In this document: piece by piece, positions 24,860 through 39,238 of the stretch | Layout: every line of letters starts with the position of its first letter | How positions within the stretch are numbered: position 1 is the first letter of the stretch | Assembly (NCBI RefSeq): GCF_001194135.2 | Contig: NC_068985.1 | Span: 91,301,762 to 91,345,250 of the forward strand | DNA from: Octopus bimaculoides | Lineage: Eukaryota | Direction: 5' to 3' | Length of the DNA: 43,489 nt | Notes under the pieces: generated by a model | Database searches by the model: none | Seen by the model: the letters and a program-made list of their open reading frames with translations, nothing else | What the model was told of the DNA's origin: nothing | Translations under genes and position numbers: made by a program

Positions 24860-26137
24860 TTGTACCATGCTCAGTAAACAGAATTAATATGAAACATTTC
24901 CACAAAAGATTATAAAAAGAGAACATAGTCTCCTCTTGAATATTGTATAGACAAACACACGTAGGCACATACAGTATATTTTGAAAAATATTTACTTAGA
25001 TAGATGCATTGTCTGCGTATATAAATAAATGAATGTATATATTGATGCATATACGCGTGCACTAAATTTATGTATATATAGGTAGATAGATATAGATATA
25101 GATATATATGTCTATATACATCTATATGCATATATGCGATTATATGTATGTGAAAAATCACACATTACCTTTAAACTCACACGCTGTATGGGCAAGCTTC
25201 CGCCCATTATTCAATGAAATAACGAACTCCTTTTAACATACTACGCTTCCTATTCCATCGATGCCTCACGTCATTCAAGCATCAATCTTTACAGTATATT
25301 CTACTGTTATTCATTTATCTAAATATTTTCACAAGTTCTTCCCACGTAGTTCTTTTTATCTGTTCATTTTTGTTTTTTAACAGATAGCTGCAACTCTTTC
25401 ATCTTTTTTCATGCACTTCCCACATGTGTTTTCCTGAGTCTTTGTCACCTGTTTCCATTTGCTTCATGAGTGTTTTTTTCTGACTTCAGAATGTTTTCAC
25501 CTACGTCTTTTTGTTTCTCTGAATCATAGTTCTTCAATTTATTCTTTCACTCCTATTTTGTAATCATAATATCATTATATCACCACTGCAGCATTTCTTT
25601 ATATATTCAATACTCTCCAGTTTCAAAGATTTTCGAATGTTCTCATAATGTTATTCCAAGAATTTTATATTGTTCAATAAAATAATTTCGTCATATTTCA
25701 TTTCAACTAAGATAGATATATTAATTTTCGTTTTTATTAAAAAATATTACTTACTCCACTCCTTGTACAATAAACAAGTATGACACCGTATGTTCGTATA
25801 TGTTTAATCATTAAACACAGCAATTCTTCAATTCATCTACAAATCTTACTAATAATCACTAGTTTTTTATTGATGTAAGCGTCAACAATATATTCACCCA
25901 AATTACTCTTTACTCCTTCTCGCATACTGAAAATCTTTTGCTATTAAGTTCTTTTATATATCATTTCTCAATACGATCTTGTATTGCTTCATTTTGTTTT
26001 ATTCTTTTTTCTTATTTACCAACATCTTTAATAATACGTCTGCTCAACTATACTCCATCATTTGTGTCCTCAAAAACCATGAGCAGCTACTTGTTAAATA
26101 CTATTTTATGCTCCATATTGTTTCCAAATCCTATTTA

Positions 26138-26375
26138 TTTTATTCTTTTATTCGTTTCAGTCATTTGACTGCAGTCATAATGGAGCACCACTTTCAAGGA
26201 TTTTCAGTCGAAGAAATCGACCCCAGGACTTATTGTCTGTAAACCCAGTTATTTTTCTATCGCACTATTTTGCCGAGCCGCTAAGTTACGTAGACATAAA
26301 TACACCAGCATCCGTTGTCCAGTTACGTAGTTGGGATAAACAAATACACAAATACACACTCGTGTATACGTATGC

Positions 26376-26435
<60 letters not shown>

Positions 26436-26549
26436 GTATGTGCGTGTGTNNNNNNNNNNTGTGTGTGTGTGCGTGTGTATGTGCGTGTGTATGTGTGTAT
26501 GTATGTATGTACGTACGTATGTATGTATGTATCGAACGCCACACAGCCT
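26138..26549 (-). mobile_element. SINE family A: tail and microsatellite, head nearly all deleted
   Basis: GTTTCAGTCATTTGACTGCAG..TCGACCCCAGGACTTATT..GCTAAGTTACG is the reverse complement of the tail. CCACACAGCC near 26540 matches the head's 5' end. Confidence 0.85.
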
Positions 26550-29299
26550 TTGTCAACTGTAAATTTTTACATTCATATATAATTTCTGGGAATGCACACT
26601 CTGTTCTCCGCCTATTTTCTTTCTTTCTCTCTATCCCCCTATACTCCTTTATATTTCTTTTTCCCCTCCTCCTTTTTTGCTATTCCCTGTCTATCTTTCT
26701 TTGCTTCTCCTTTCGCATAATTCCCTTTGTTTCTTTCCGTTCTCTTCTTTCTTGTTCCTTTTCCACTTCGCCTATTGATCACACGTGTCTACAAGCCATT
26801 TTCCCGACTCTGTCTCTTTTAGGTGGGACGTCTTGAAGCACTCTCTGGTATTTGGATCTCTAATTATTCCATAGCAATCGAATGATATACTGCGGTAATT
26901 TTCTGCTATCAGACACTAACTTCCGCCCTCTTTTCGCAGCAAGTAAAACGTATTAATAATTTCATTTTCTGCGTATTTTAAAATATAGACTAGAAAAATA
27001 TCACAGAATCTTTTACCAGAATCCTACTGCAAACTTTACGATGCTCAATAGTTACGTATCTAATACTAAAGTTTTACAACTCTATATTATTTCTTAAACT
27101 ATTGCTGTAAAGAATATCGTATTGATTGCTTGCTGAATTTCGAATTGCCTATCTTTCAAAACAAATGTGTCGATATGCTGGAAATACTGATAACTGTACA
27201 ATTAATCTCCTGTGAAATATATATTTCATTCTTTATCGCAACGATTTCCAAAATGAAATTTTCAACTATTAATTGTACACACCTTGCAGAAAGATAGTCA
27301 GTGAAATTTATGCAGGAAAATGAAAATGGGAAATATAATGTTACTCCAAATTCTCATTGAAAATACCAAAAAAGAAAAAAGAAACGAAAACAGAAGAATA
27401 TCATACTTTAAAACTGTTTAACATTTTAAAATCTATTACAGAAATCAGTCTTTTGAGTAAGATATTCATTTTTTTATTATCGACTGATTCAGTTTTATTT
27501 CTTGTATTTGATTGGTTCCAGTATTGTTTATTAGCAATAGAACGTTGTTGTGTGACGGATAGTGTTATATGTCATGCTACATTGTCAGTATTTTAATAAC
27601 TGTTTCAGATTCTATTTATTGGTACTTTTGAATAAATTTTCGTTATCTCTCTTGCTAAAGTTCGTGCACATTCGATAAATATCTTTAATAATTTAGTTTG
27701 ATTATTATTAGCATCACATTTTTTTCCTATCAGAAAGAACCAAAAGCTTCTTGGAATATTTAATAAAATATGAATATTCTTTTGATTGTAATTATCTTTT
27801 TGCTTTCATTAACAGGAATGATTTATTGGCAAAAAGAAAAAAAAGAACATTTATTTCACAAGTTACATGTTTTTAATGTGTAAATCATTCTTCATGTGAA
27901 CACAATAAAAAGAAGAAAACATAATTTATTTTTCTTCTTCGTATTTTCTTTGTGCAGTTTGGTAAAGATAATAAACTTCTTCAATTTTTAGACTACTTGA
28001 GAAATAGTTACAGAGGCTTTTATTCAAAGATATTCACTATGAGTGAAGTGAAGGCTTGTTTTTTTTTTTTTTATAAATTCATGGTTACATTTCCTGTGGT
28101 GCTCATAGAGTAGAAACCGATAGCAGTGATATTTCTATTCCTTTTTAATGGTTGTTCAATAGATATGACAAAGGAATTGCAACAGCGATATCTCGTGATG
28201 AGAGTACATGTCAAAGTTATCATTCTTATAAAGGCTTGGAACGTATCAAATATGACTGAAAGAATATAATAATTATAATAAATTTCTTTTCCAAGAAAGG
28301 GTAAATCACGCAGTTTTTATTGCGTCAAAAAAGAAAGGGATGGCCTATAAAGTCCAAAGTAAATCGATATTTCTCTAACATTATGTAAAAACGTAATAAT
28401 TACATGCAAAATGATAACCAATGGTATAATGCATTACCCCTATATCAACTATTTATAATATATTTACAAATCTGATTGTTCTATGTTTCTGATGAGACTA
28501 CCTATAAAATTAATGTTTTAGGTATATTGTTTTGCAACAAATCTGAATTTGCAATAATGCAGAAATCCATTCATAAGAGAAGCGTCTTTAATAAAGCATT
28601 CATTTAATTAGGAAAAAATTGAAATTTGACAGAATTATAGATAACAGAGCGTATCAATAGGAAGCGTGACTTTTACACAGTTATGTAATTGGATTACGTA
28701 TATATAAATGAAAGGTAGAATCGAGGCTGATCCATTTTGTTAAAACATTGTGGTTTCATAAAAATGTGTGAAAGCTCACTAGTTCCGAAATAATATTTAT
28801 TTGGAAAATATTATTTCTTATCTTTAAAATTAAAAAAAAAATGTGCAATTGTAAGTTCGTACTCATTTGAATTTATACTGCATCGTACCACTCTACAATA
28901 ACCCACGATGCAATACCATGCTTGGAAATATCAACGTTCATTAATTGTTCTCTCCCCCATTTGGCTTTTGAAACATATTATAAGAAAGCAAATTCGTCGT
29001 GAGAGAAGCAATATCAATTCGAATAGGTAAGAGTTATCTCCACTTAAAAGTATATAGTTCATTACAACAAGGGAACATGAGATATTTAATGCACGGGAAG
29101 TTCTAGTATGGTCTTTCGGTACACATAGGTCGCTAGATAAATTGAAAGTCTTCTGTAATCGCGTAAACTCACATATATAAAAATGGCACGCATATAAAAC
29201 AGGCGAGCTGATCCACATAAATACATACATATATACAATAGTGGCACACATATATACACGCATATAGATATACAGATAAATAACCTTGCCAGGACTTGT

Positions 29300-30060
29300 G
29301 TCTCGGGATAAATGACGGACTACGTTGGTGATTGAATTTACGCCAAGGAGTCGAGGATATTCTACTGTGTAGTAGTAGTTCTATGGCAGAAATAGGGAAT
29401 GCTCATTTGTATCTTTCTCTGTACCTCAACAGAAATGAGTCTTTTGGATTTTCTGCTAACAATAATAAAGATGTGCATTCATCAAAAGATGTTATTGTTA
29501 TTAATAATCTCTACTTTAAACGAGCAATAGTGTTCTTGTTCAGTGATTTTTAGGTTGAGTGCTTGAGAATCTATTGTGTTCAGTTGTGAGGTGGACCAGC
29601 TACTAGATTCGCATGGTTCCATTAAAATGGTCCATGCATGGAATAAATCCGTGTTTGTTGCGCTGTGTTTATTTCGCGTTTTGTTCATACGTCATTAAAG
29701 AAATTTAGTGAGGAATAAGTTTTCATGACCTCTGCACAAAACTGGTCGGTTCTGGCGGTAGAGCCAAAGGAAACAGTCGGCGATAAAAGCCGACTTGGGA
29801 CGAAGATTCATGAGGATAGATGATAAAAATGTCCATTATCACAAAAGGCAATGTTAGGATTCAAGTGCAAAATACCGATCCAGAATCAGAGCATTGGTTA
29901 GAGAAGGTAGTAGGAACTCTGGGAGATGGTAAATACATGCCAGAATGCGACAGAATATGTGCTGATACTGTAACAGCGACATTTTCAACAGATTTCTTGA
30001 AGGTGAAATCTCATCAGTGTATAATGAAGAGATTAGGTATCAAGTGCATTAGTGTCTAAG
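29300..30060 (-). pseudogene. Decayed Penelope-like reverse transcriptase remnant
   Basis: In correct order on minus, across frameshifts: LISSLYTD (cf. DV.SLYTNI), FCDNGHFYHL (cf. F.FN..FY.Q), FIADCFL (cf. P..A.LFM), TDLFHAWT..LNTID..LKITE..EIINNN (cf. DDIF.IW..LN.ID..IKFT.E). The catalytic motif is degraded. Confidence 0.55.
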
Positions 30061-30699
30061 GAAACGCACTTGTGATAATTGAAAAGAGAGTGTAGACATG
30101 TATTGGAAAATGTCATTGTTAATGTCTGTCTCCATCAACTAAGTCATATAAGATGAGATCGCAAGGGATATATAAGTTTGGAAATGAGACGCACCTCCGT
30201 TTATTCTCTCACATCATAATACGCCATTAGAGAATGAAAGATTCGAAGTGACAGTGTAAGGGTACGTTTGGAGCGCAATATTTTAGAGTAATGCAAGAAA
30301 GAGAAATAAGGAGAGGGAGAGAGGAAGATTGTTAAGCTCAGTGACTTCGTTGGCACTGAAGAGCTAAATGTATTTTTGTACATGAAGGGTCCGTAAGGTA
30401 ATAAGTAGTAATAGATTTGGTGGCAGGGAAATTTCTAATTAGGCTTCGTGCTTGTGCAGTGATACACACATATATGTGTGTTGATTCGATTTTAACGACA
30501 GCAGAAGGATTAATTCAAATACCAATCTGTGTATTGTGATAAAGCAGATATATTGCTGGAAGTCTGCAAAAATGGAGCATCCTTCTCAAGAATGAATACA
30601 TGAAAGACAAGAGAAATATTTCGTCAATAGAAGTAATTCTGCAGCTGCAGTTTTAGTACATCTTCATACTGATTTCTGCTACTATGAGCTTTGTCAGTC

Positions 30700-30880
30700 A
30701 CAAGTAGCCATTGGTACTGCATGCTAATAGAAAGCCTGTCATTAATTGATATCTATTAAAGTTGCTTTCAGCGTCAATATTCAAATATATACAATAGATA
30801 ACGAATCAATCTCCAGTTATTGTCAAAGATATATTGTTCTCCGTCTGGGTACCTTCAAGCTGAATCTGAATAGATCATCG
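30700..30880 (+). pseudogene. Possible Penelope GIY-YIG endonuclease C-terminal remnant
   Basis: QRYIVLRLGTFKLN from 30824 (cf. EQ.LIFRLGTL.P.GLN), with HANRKPV upstream. Short match only. Confidence 0.35.
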
Positions 30881-33596
30881 AGAATAATCAAGGCATTACT
30901 CTCTTTACTTAGATAAATTAATCTCGACCAATATACGTTTCCCTATATTTTACATTCCATTACATAACTCTAATTTATCCAGCTATCTCAAACCATTATT
31001 TTACACAGCTGATCCGTTGGAACTCAGCTTACTACCAATCAACAAGTAATCCCACTTTTCAAGCTGAACACCATAACATTCCAAATTAACAGAGAAACTT
31101 GATTGGTTACTAGCGCGTGTTCACACTAATCAGTTCCTTATTGGATATGTATATGTGTATATATATATACTGATGTGTGCGCGTGTGGACTCACACATTA
31201 TCACTCACGTACTTACACATACATATACAATTATATATTCATATCCATAATTGTATGTGAGTGTGTATGCCTCTATGTTTATGCATGTGTGTGTGCTTGT
31301 GTGTGTATTACACTGATATTTAAGCACGTTGATGAAACACGTTCCTTTCACAACAATAGAGATTTTAGATTTTAAGTCCCGTAATGTATTTTCTTTTCTT
31401 CTAATATTTCTTATATTATTTTTATTATAATAATACTATAAATGCCGTATGACGCTTTTGTGAACAGTCTTATCTAAACTATAAAATTTATCACGGAATG
31501 CCTCTTCCTTATTTTATGTAAACAACGATAGTTTCAGATCGGAAAATGTTTCGTTATTCAACTAATGTATTGGTTATTAGATGCAGAAAAGTTTTGGTTG
31601 TAAAACAAATTTTTTTATCGATAACATACTTAATTTAGAGATTAATGCTATTGCAATTAATGAAATGCCTTTCTGACTCTATGGAACAGATAAATTTGAA
31701 TAAAGTATTTATTGATTGACGTGACAGACAACAGAAATGTATGCATTATAAAACATTTCTTTTATTTTTAATTTTGTTACGTAAAATGTAAAGATTATCT
31801 ATGCGGCTAAATATACATGTTTATTTACTTTTACCCTATTAGTGGTGTTCTATATATATTGTACATAGTGTTTGACTGTCTTCGTATATTTGATATACAA
31901 AGAAGTATTCTCTTTTTTAAATTCTTATGCAAGATCAATTTTAGCAATTCTGACATTTCCTGGTCGAATGCTATAGGTTATCTAAGTACATTTTCAAAAC
32001 AAACATTTATTTTAGAACATTTAACCTGTCCACTGACAAAATGGTTTTGGCATGAAAACAAGATTATCATTTAATATTACTTAACTATTTACTCAGTATA
32101 CAAAAAGTCGTGATAAATTCACATTACATATCAAACATATAATCAATCATACTGCTTTTCCATTACTATGCCAAACAGACTTCTTATTAATAGCATTGTA
32201 TTTGAGAGATATATTCGGTTCTTCCTTTAAGTTATTTCACATCAAATTATAGTGACTGCGAATATTTATTAGATTTTGTAAAGTCCAAAATAATTCGAAA
32301 TATTCCATTCCGTGTTTTCCATACACTTAACTCTTAGAATATGTCCAGAGTATCATAGGAATGCATTACACCGCAGTTGACATTGACTTATATGTTTGCT
32401 AGTACAACATGTGTTATAATGTACTCTGCAACATTCGTTATAGACATTTATGAATATAGATACCTTCTTGAACACTAAAGCTGCTATATTCATATCTGCC
32501 TATTCCTTAATATTCTTTGATTTCAGTATTGTCAACGACGTAGGCCACTGACATAATTTCAATACAAGTGTATACATAGTGGATTCTCGTTGAAACGGAT
32601 TACAATGCAGAAGTGTAACAAAATAATGTTTGCAATTGTTATAGATAATATTAACCAGAAGTAATTGTGTTAGTAACTGCATGACTTACATTTTAAATGG
32701 TGATAGCGACATCAACCCGAAGATATTCGTTCAGTTCGGATACACGAACTCAGATTAAATCAATAGCCAAGGATGTCCATCAGTGAAATTATTATCATTT
32801 TTTTCTTGTTTAATATAAATTACGGGTAATAATTTACAACATTGATTAATCAGGAATCATTTGTCATTATTTGATGGCAAAATTGATTGATCGACAGCCT
32901 ATATATTTCCTTAGAGTCGTTATTTTTTCATGTTAAACGTTTTCTGGAGTTTGATAAAATAAATGCCACTCAAGTAGTGCATTCATCGATATAGATGACA
33001 TTTACTCCGTGAAAAATAGGCGGTGGCATCAATTTAGGAAATCGATAAATTATCGATACACGACCCTATATATTTGCTTCGTGTTTAATGAGTTTACAAT
33101 TTTGTGTGAATAAATTTTATATCGTATATTTATATTTTTATGGAAGTCACATATAACTCTTAGTATTTAACTGTCACTGTAATTGATACGAATGTAGGTC
33201 GCTGAAGTATAAGACAATTTAATTTAAGAAACAAAACTTTTCTTTGTCTCTCTGTGCCTGGGCTGGTTTTGCACACATAACATAACGAATAATTTTTCAG
33301 TGTAGAATGTTCATTAAACTGGATGATATCAGCATGTGTACATATTACCTCTTTTAAGATCAAACTGCTTTGTCTTCAGAGACGTCTGTTGAAAATATGT
33401 CCGAATTCATGTCAAATTTGATTTGAGATTGTTTCTCACCACACAACGCGTAAGTAGTTGGTAGTTCTGATTATTGCATGCAGTTTAATAAAATGATCAC
33501 AGCTCCAGTTCACTGATCCATCAATATAATTTAACGAGAGAGATATTTCTCCAGAATTATGAATATGCACAAACTCTCAATATTGCATAAGCATTT

Positions 33597-33790
33597 AAGG
33601 CGGCAGGTAAAATGCTGAAGGGTATTTCCTCTGGCATTACGTCGGGAGTTCCAGTTACCCCTAGTTCAAATTTATATTTCATCGTTGCGAGGTTGATAAA
33701 ATAAGTACCATTTGAGCATCGGGGTTGACGTAATCAACTTACCACCTTCCCTGAAACTGCTGGCTTTGTGTGAAAATTTGAAACCAATAT
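33597..33790 (+). mobile_element. SINE family B, decayed
   Basis: AAGGCGGC..AAATGCT..GAGTTC..TTTCATC..GTTGATAAAATAAGTACC..GGGGTTGACGTAATCAACT is homologous to 35692-35926 (minus). Confidence 0.7.
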
Positions 33791-33810
33791 TACATAAACA
33801 TTTCTTGTAC

Positions 33811-34019
33811 TTTTATTCTTTTATCTTTTTTGTTTCAGTCATTTCACTGCGGCTATGCTGGTGCACCTGCTTTACTCGGGCAAATCGTCCCCAGGACTTA
33901 TTCTTTGTAAGCCTGGTACTTATCCTATCGGCCTCTTTTGCCGAACCACTAAGTTATGTTGATGTAAACACACCAACATGGGTTGTCAGGCGATGATGGG
34001 GGGACAAACACAGATACAG

Positions 34020-34074
<55 letters not shown>

Positions 34075-34207
34075 CGACGGGCTTCTTTCAGTTTTCGTCT
34101 ACCAAATCCACTCACAAGGCTTTGCCAAAGGTGCTACACACTGAGACTGAACCCGGAACTATGTAGTTAGCAAGCAAGCTACTTACCACACAGCCACACC
34201 TACGCCT
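33811..34207 (-). mobile_element. SINE family A, near full length with an internal head deletion
   Basis: Reverse complement of tail, then (CA)n(TA)n, then head ending TTACCACACAGCCACACCTACGCC. A segment present in the 20356 copy is missing after AAGGCTTTG. Confidence 0.9.
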
Positions 34208-35408
34208 ATTTAATAATCATTTATGAACAGAACAACACATTTAAGAGACACTCATGAATGAAATCTAGAAAGCCGTTGCAATATTGAAATCTTCTCGTTT
34301 CCTTACCATTTCAGAATACTCATAACCGACGAGATCATATAGAAATTATCTTCTTATATCATAATGTGAAGATTGTATATAGTGAATAGAAATGTATATT
34401 TTAGAATTAAAATAGCTGGCATCCAAATGTGATGTGTTTATATAGTCTATACTTTACTGAATTCTATATTCTTATTGAAATCCAGAATATATTTAGGAAA
34501 TGTCTTGTGTTACTAAGAATTTTATATGTTAAATATTCCCGAATATTTCCATTTAATACACAAGTCTTTCCGAAGCTGTCAAACTCCCTGAATATATTTA
34601 GTTTAGTCGTACAAAATTACTCAACATGTAAATTTAGAAGCTGATGTCCAGTTAGTTTCTACTCTTCTGCCACATTCAAAACGTGAATTCTGTCATTCTT
34701 AAATGCTTGAATTTAAAGCAACATCAGACAAAAGGCGTTTGAGTGCATTGATCATGAAAATAGAATGGACTCTTAATATGGGATGTAAATAGAAATTTAT
34801 TTTCCAACAAATTTTTATTTTCCGAAAGTAATCGGGTCACCACCATCACAATTTCTTGGCAGAACAAATTTATAAGTGACATGGCGACATCAGGCAAGGG
34901 CACAAAACAAATCTTCAGACCGAAGTATTTCTAACAAAAATATATACTGTCAGCTAAATCACTCAAAAATACGACTAATTTTTTTTGCGCAGAAGCTTGT
35001 TCGCACAAAACATCAAATAGCCTGCGTATGCAATAACATGATGCATTTGGACTACATCAGAGACAAAGGTCTTCATATCTGGATTCCTTGATTGAACAAT
35101 ACATTTACGTTTCAAGGTCTAGCAAACGAATTACTCTTAAATTCCAAAATTCAATCATTGTTCATTTGGCGAAGCTGAAGAAAATGATCACTAAAATTTC
35201 TCACCTCCAATTTCTCTTTCAAGCCAGTAAAGATAAGAGTACTGGCAACAGCATTACTAACTTTACGTTACCAAGAGGAACGACTTGCTTCTACACAAAA
35301 GGTAGCAGTAGCAGAACTCAAGTAAATACCATTTCATCTTCAATAACAGATGCTCTCATTTCATAATTAAAAGCAAACAAAAAATTGAAATCTAATTAAT
35401 GATTTGCC

Positions 35409-35544
35409 AGGAGAGCTTGGCTGGTTAGTAGCTTGCTTACCAACCACATGGTTCCGGATTCAGTCCCAATACACATTACCTTGGGCAACTGTCTTCTATT
35501 ATAAACTCGGGCAGACCAAAGCCTTTTGAATAGATTTGGTAGAC
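35409..35544 (+). mobile_element. SINE family A, head only
   Basis: TAGCTTGCTTACCAACCACATGGTTCCGGATTCAGTCCC..CCTTGGGCAACTGTCTTCTA..GACCAAAGCC..GATTTGGTAGAC. Confidence 0.8.
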
Positions 35545-35691
35545 TTTCACTAAAGTACAATAACAGCATTTATCCAAATTGAGAGATAAGGGATAAACTG
35601 CACCCATCTACCAATGTTCAATCAAGCTCGTATTTAGCTCAAACTTCATGTAAATCTATCTGTAACACCCTTAAACACGTCACATATTCCC

Positions 35692-35926
35692 TTCTTATTT
35701 CTTTACTGCCCACAAGGGGCTAAACATAGAGCGGACAAACAAGGATAGACAAACGGATTAAGTCGATTACATCTACCCCCGTGCGTAACTGGTACTTAAT
35801 TTATCGACCCCGAAGGATGAAATGCAAAGTCGACCTCGATGGAATTTGAACTCAGAACGTAGCGGCAGACGAGATACCGCTAAGCATTTCGCCCGGCGTG
35901 CTAACGTTTCCGCCAGTTCGCCGCCT
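35692..35926 (-). mobile_element. SINE family B (tRNA-derived head with conserved central domain)
   Basis: Minus strand: AGGCGGCGAACTGGCGGAAACGTTAGC..GAGTTCAAATTCC (B box)..TTTCATCCTTCGGGGTCGATAAATTAAGTACCAG.. then a short AAG/AAT-like end. The central block resembles conserved metazoan SINE domains (exact superfamily not verified). Confidence 0.85.
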
Positions 35927-38159
35927 TTCCATTCTACTAACCTTGTATGAACTACACACAGAAACCTTCAAAACAAGAAGTGATTTCCTCGTTCCAAACC
36001 TTGGAAATGTTCAATCATGTGCTGCTTTATCGATTATTAACAGATCCACTAACTTCTTTATATTTCGAAGCAGAATTTTGGTGCATGTAGTTACAATTGT
36101 TTCAGGTCCAAATTCTTAGAAACTATATCTAAATACTTACCTGCATGTCAACAATTGTCTCAGTTTTTTCGCGTACATATTTAACGTATGGTTAAATCTG
36201 CCATCTGAGAAAGTTGGAACATTTTCATATCAGTGCATTCAGGTATAGATACGTTTAAATTACATTAAATTAACCTCGGTAAAAACTAAGATGTATTACC
36301 ATTGATGCAATAGCCTGAGAATTTGTAAAGTATTTGTGCATCGGTCTTAATGCCTAGTGATAGTTAATACAAATGTTTATGATAATCATTTAGAGGTTTA
36401 ACTAAATTTTCAGTCGAAGGTGATGAATAGACGGAGGTAAGAATAACAGTGCCCAATACCATGGATGATTTTAAGAGTCGAGTTTCGCTTGGGATGGTTT
36501 TCCCATTTCAGGATGTTACACCGTAACTCAACTTTGGAAGACATGTAAATGCAACGTGTGCGTTGCATTCTCTCCTTATGCAAAGATAAAATAACTGTCT
36601 TCAAAATCCCACACATATTAACAATTTTCTGTGAATGACTCAGGAATGGATTTAAAAGAATTTTCTATTCTCAAAGCAAACAGTTCAAAGTAAAAGTGCG
36701 GTTTGAATATGAGATATTGGCAAAATATGAGATCTTGAAATAGTCCGTAGAATTATGAGAAGGTCAGTATTCAAAGAGGATGATAAACTATCAGAAAAAT
36801 ATGAAGACTACACGAAATATAGAAAACGTAACTTTAAGAAGATTCCACACATTGTAAATACCCAATGCATGGTATGTAAAAATTTGCGCTGGATATCATT
36901 CCTGTATCAGATATCAGGAAATCATTGGAGACAACGATGCTTGCTGTGAGAAGTAGCCACTGCGAACAATGATTTTGTTTGAAATAAGAAAATAAGCAGT
37001 GTTTCTTTAAAATAACGTAATATACTAATTCAGTTTTTATCCTTTACTTTACATATATTATGTGTCTGTCCCTAGCTATAGGCGTTTTTTTCACGCTTGG
37101 CACCAGGACAAAAAAGTCAAAGTCAATTTTTTTTTTAGTGAAATCTTAACCTATGGACTATTTGGCAAACGTGTACTGATCTACATATTGGTAATATCGC
37201 ATTATTTTGGCGCTAGGATCTATACGTGTGATGTCAACCAGATATAACATAACACAAGCGAGCCAACTTGTTAAAAGCTTCCGACATTCAAGCAACGTTC
37301 AGCTTCTTCGAATAGTGAAATTTGGTACCAATCCAAGTCAGCGATTTCCTTTGACACAGCATGAAGCTTATTTCAATAGATTTATCAGGCTACTCTAACG
37401 TATGGAAAAGCTATGTGTCGTCTGAAAATGATAACAAAATCAATGCAATGAGGAATAAAAGAAATACGATAATATAATTTCTATAAAATGTATTTCGATT
37501 TATCTACAAATATTTTATTAATGTGGAATATAACTTATTTTGTGCATAATAAAATATATCTATCTTTATTTCGGATATCAAATTTTGTCATTGAATCGCA
37601 TAATCGCATGGAAGCCAGTATACATTCTTTCCTTTAATGTAAATCTGTATAAAGTGCTACACAGAACGTCTATTTAATGATATAATATATGAGCAATTTA
37701 CGATATATGTTCCGTTTCAATTTCTAGTTTTTCCGCATGAGAAAATAAAATGTGAATTATCTGAAGTAATATTCGGAATAGATAATCGGATAGTGGATTA
37801 AATGTATTCTAACTAACTAAATTGGATTGGTGGTACAAAGGAATAGAAGGTAGCATAATTTAACAGAAATGTGAATTGTTTCATACTTAATAATAATAGA
37901 GTAATATGGAAAAGGAAATGATAATGCAATTGAATAAATCACAGCATTATATCATTTGATCCCAACTCTAAACTCTGTACGTTTTATAGTGCATCATTTA
38001 CACTATAAATTAACAAATTCGGAAGCATAGAATATTAAAATTTCAGTTTATAAATGAGACATGAAATGAATTGGCAAATGTTGTACGTCCATAAACCTTT
38101 CCGGTTTCTAAATTTCATCCGATGAACTTAATCTCCGTACGATAAATTACATTCATTAC

Positions 38160-38356
<197 letters not shown>

Positions 38357-39238
38357 TTTCGTGGCTGCTATTATAGTTATGATTATTTAATTATGTTAAT
38401 TATGTTCATATCAACTCACTATGGCCGACTGAACGGGAGGAATAAAACGGGAAATGATAGAGTGCACAATGGATGTGGTTTTATGAGACACATTAAATGA
38501 AGATCCTCACATTCATTACAATAAGGACGATGCACCTGAAATAAACGCTCAGTTTCCATTAGTGTTCTGAGTAATTTATGAAGGTTAATGATGGTATCAC
38601 TTAACAGTGATTAATGGGAAGTTTACAAAAATATAGAATGCATTAATTAACATTAATATTTACTAAGTTAACCTGCCATTTAAATTTTATGTAATTAAGG
38701 ATCTTAGTAAGGGTTTGTTGTAAGAGTTTATGACTGCAAAATGTCAACCCCCGTAAAAGAAATGTCCAAGCGCTTTGTATAATCTTGTTTGGTTCGGCAT
38801 CGTGGCATTGTATATGTGAAACAAAGATGAAGACAACTACATCATAAAAGCTTTGTGAATATTAGAATAGAAACCACCACTGGACAGCTACGTTTGAATA
38901 ATGTTTCGGTACAAGGCAGGCGTCAGTAAATACCACCGTTAGTTACAATACGAAAACACATTTTATCATCGATGACATTAAAATCGGTATACGTAGGAAC
39001 ACATACACAATTCACATGGCATTTCCTACAGAATAACGTCAAAATATATGCTTATTACTCTAAATCAAACACGAGGAATACTAGAAGATTCTTTACCTGC
39101 TAAATATCATAGTCAAATATTCCACTTAACTCATCATGCATGTCAAATACAAGAGAAGGAAATGTATGATATATTATGATCATATCGCGACTGTAAGATG
39201 TGTTAATAATTGCAACGGCTTAACTGAAAGTAGCTAAC

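Noticed and set aside
27935-27960. Strong acceptor-like tract followed 4 nt later by GTAAAG (micro-exon)
   Set aside because: Such motifs are frequent in T-rich DNA and there is no supporting evidence.
28487-28510. CTGATGA on plus, and another near 16104
   Set aside because: No stem II or GAAA in the right geometry; a 7-mer is expected by chance in 43 kb.
29988-30018. CTGATGA followed by a GATTTC/GAAATC hairpin on minus
   Set aside because: No GAAA immediately after the stem, and it lies inside the RT-like coding remnant (LYTDEI).
36548-36569. 9-bp hairpin AATGCAACG-TGTG-CGTTGCATT
   Set aside because: Isolated, with no CTRR terminus or second copy; plausibly chance.
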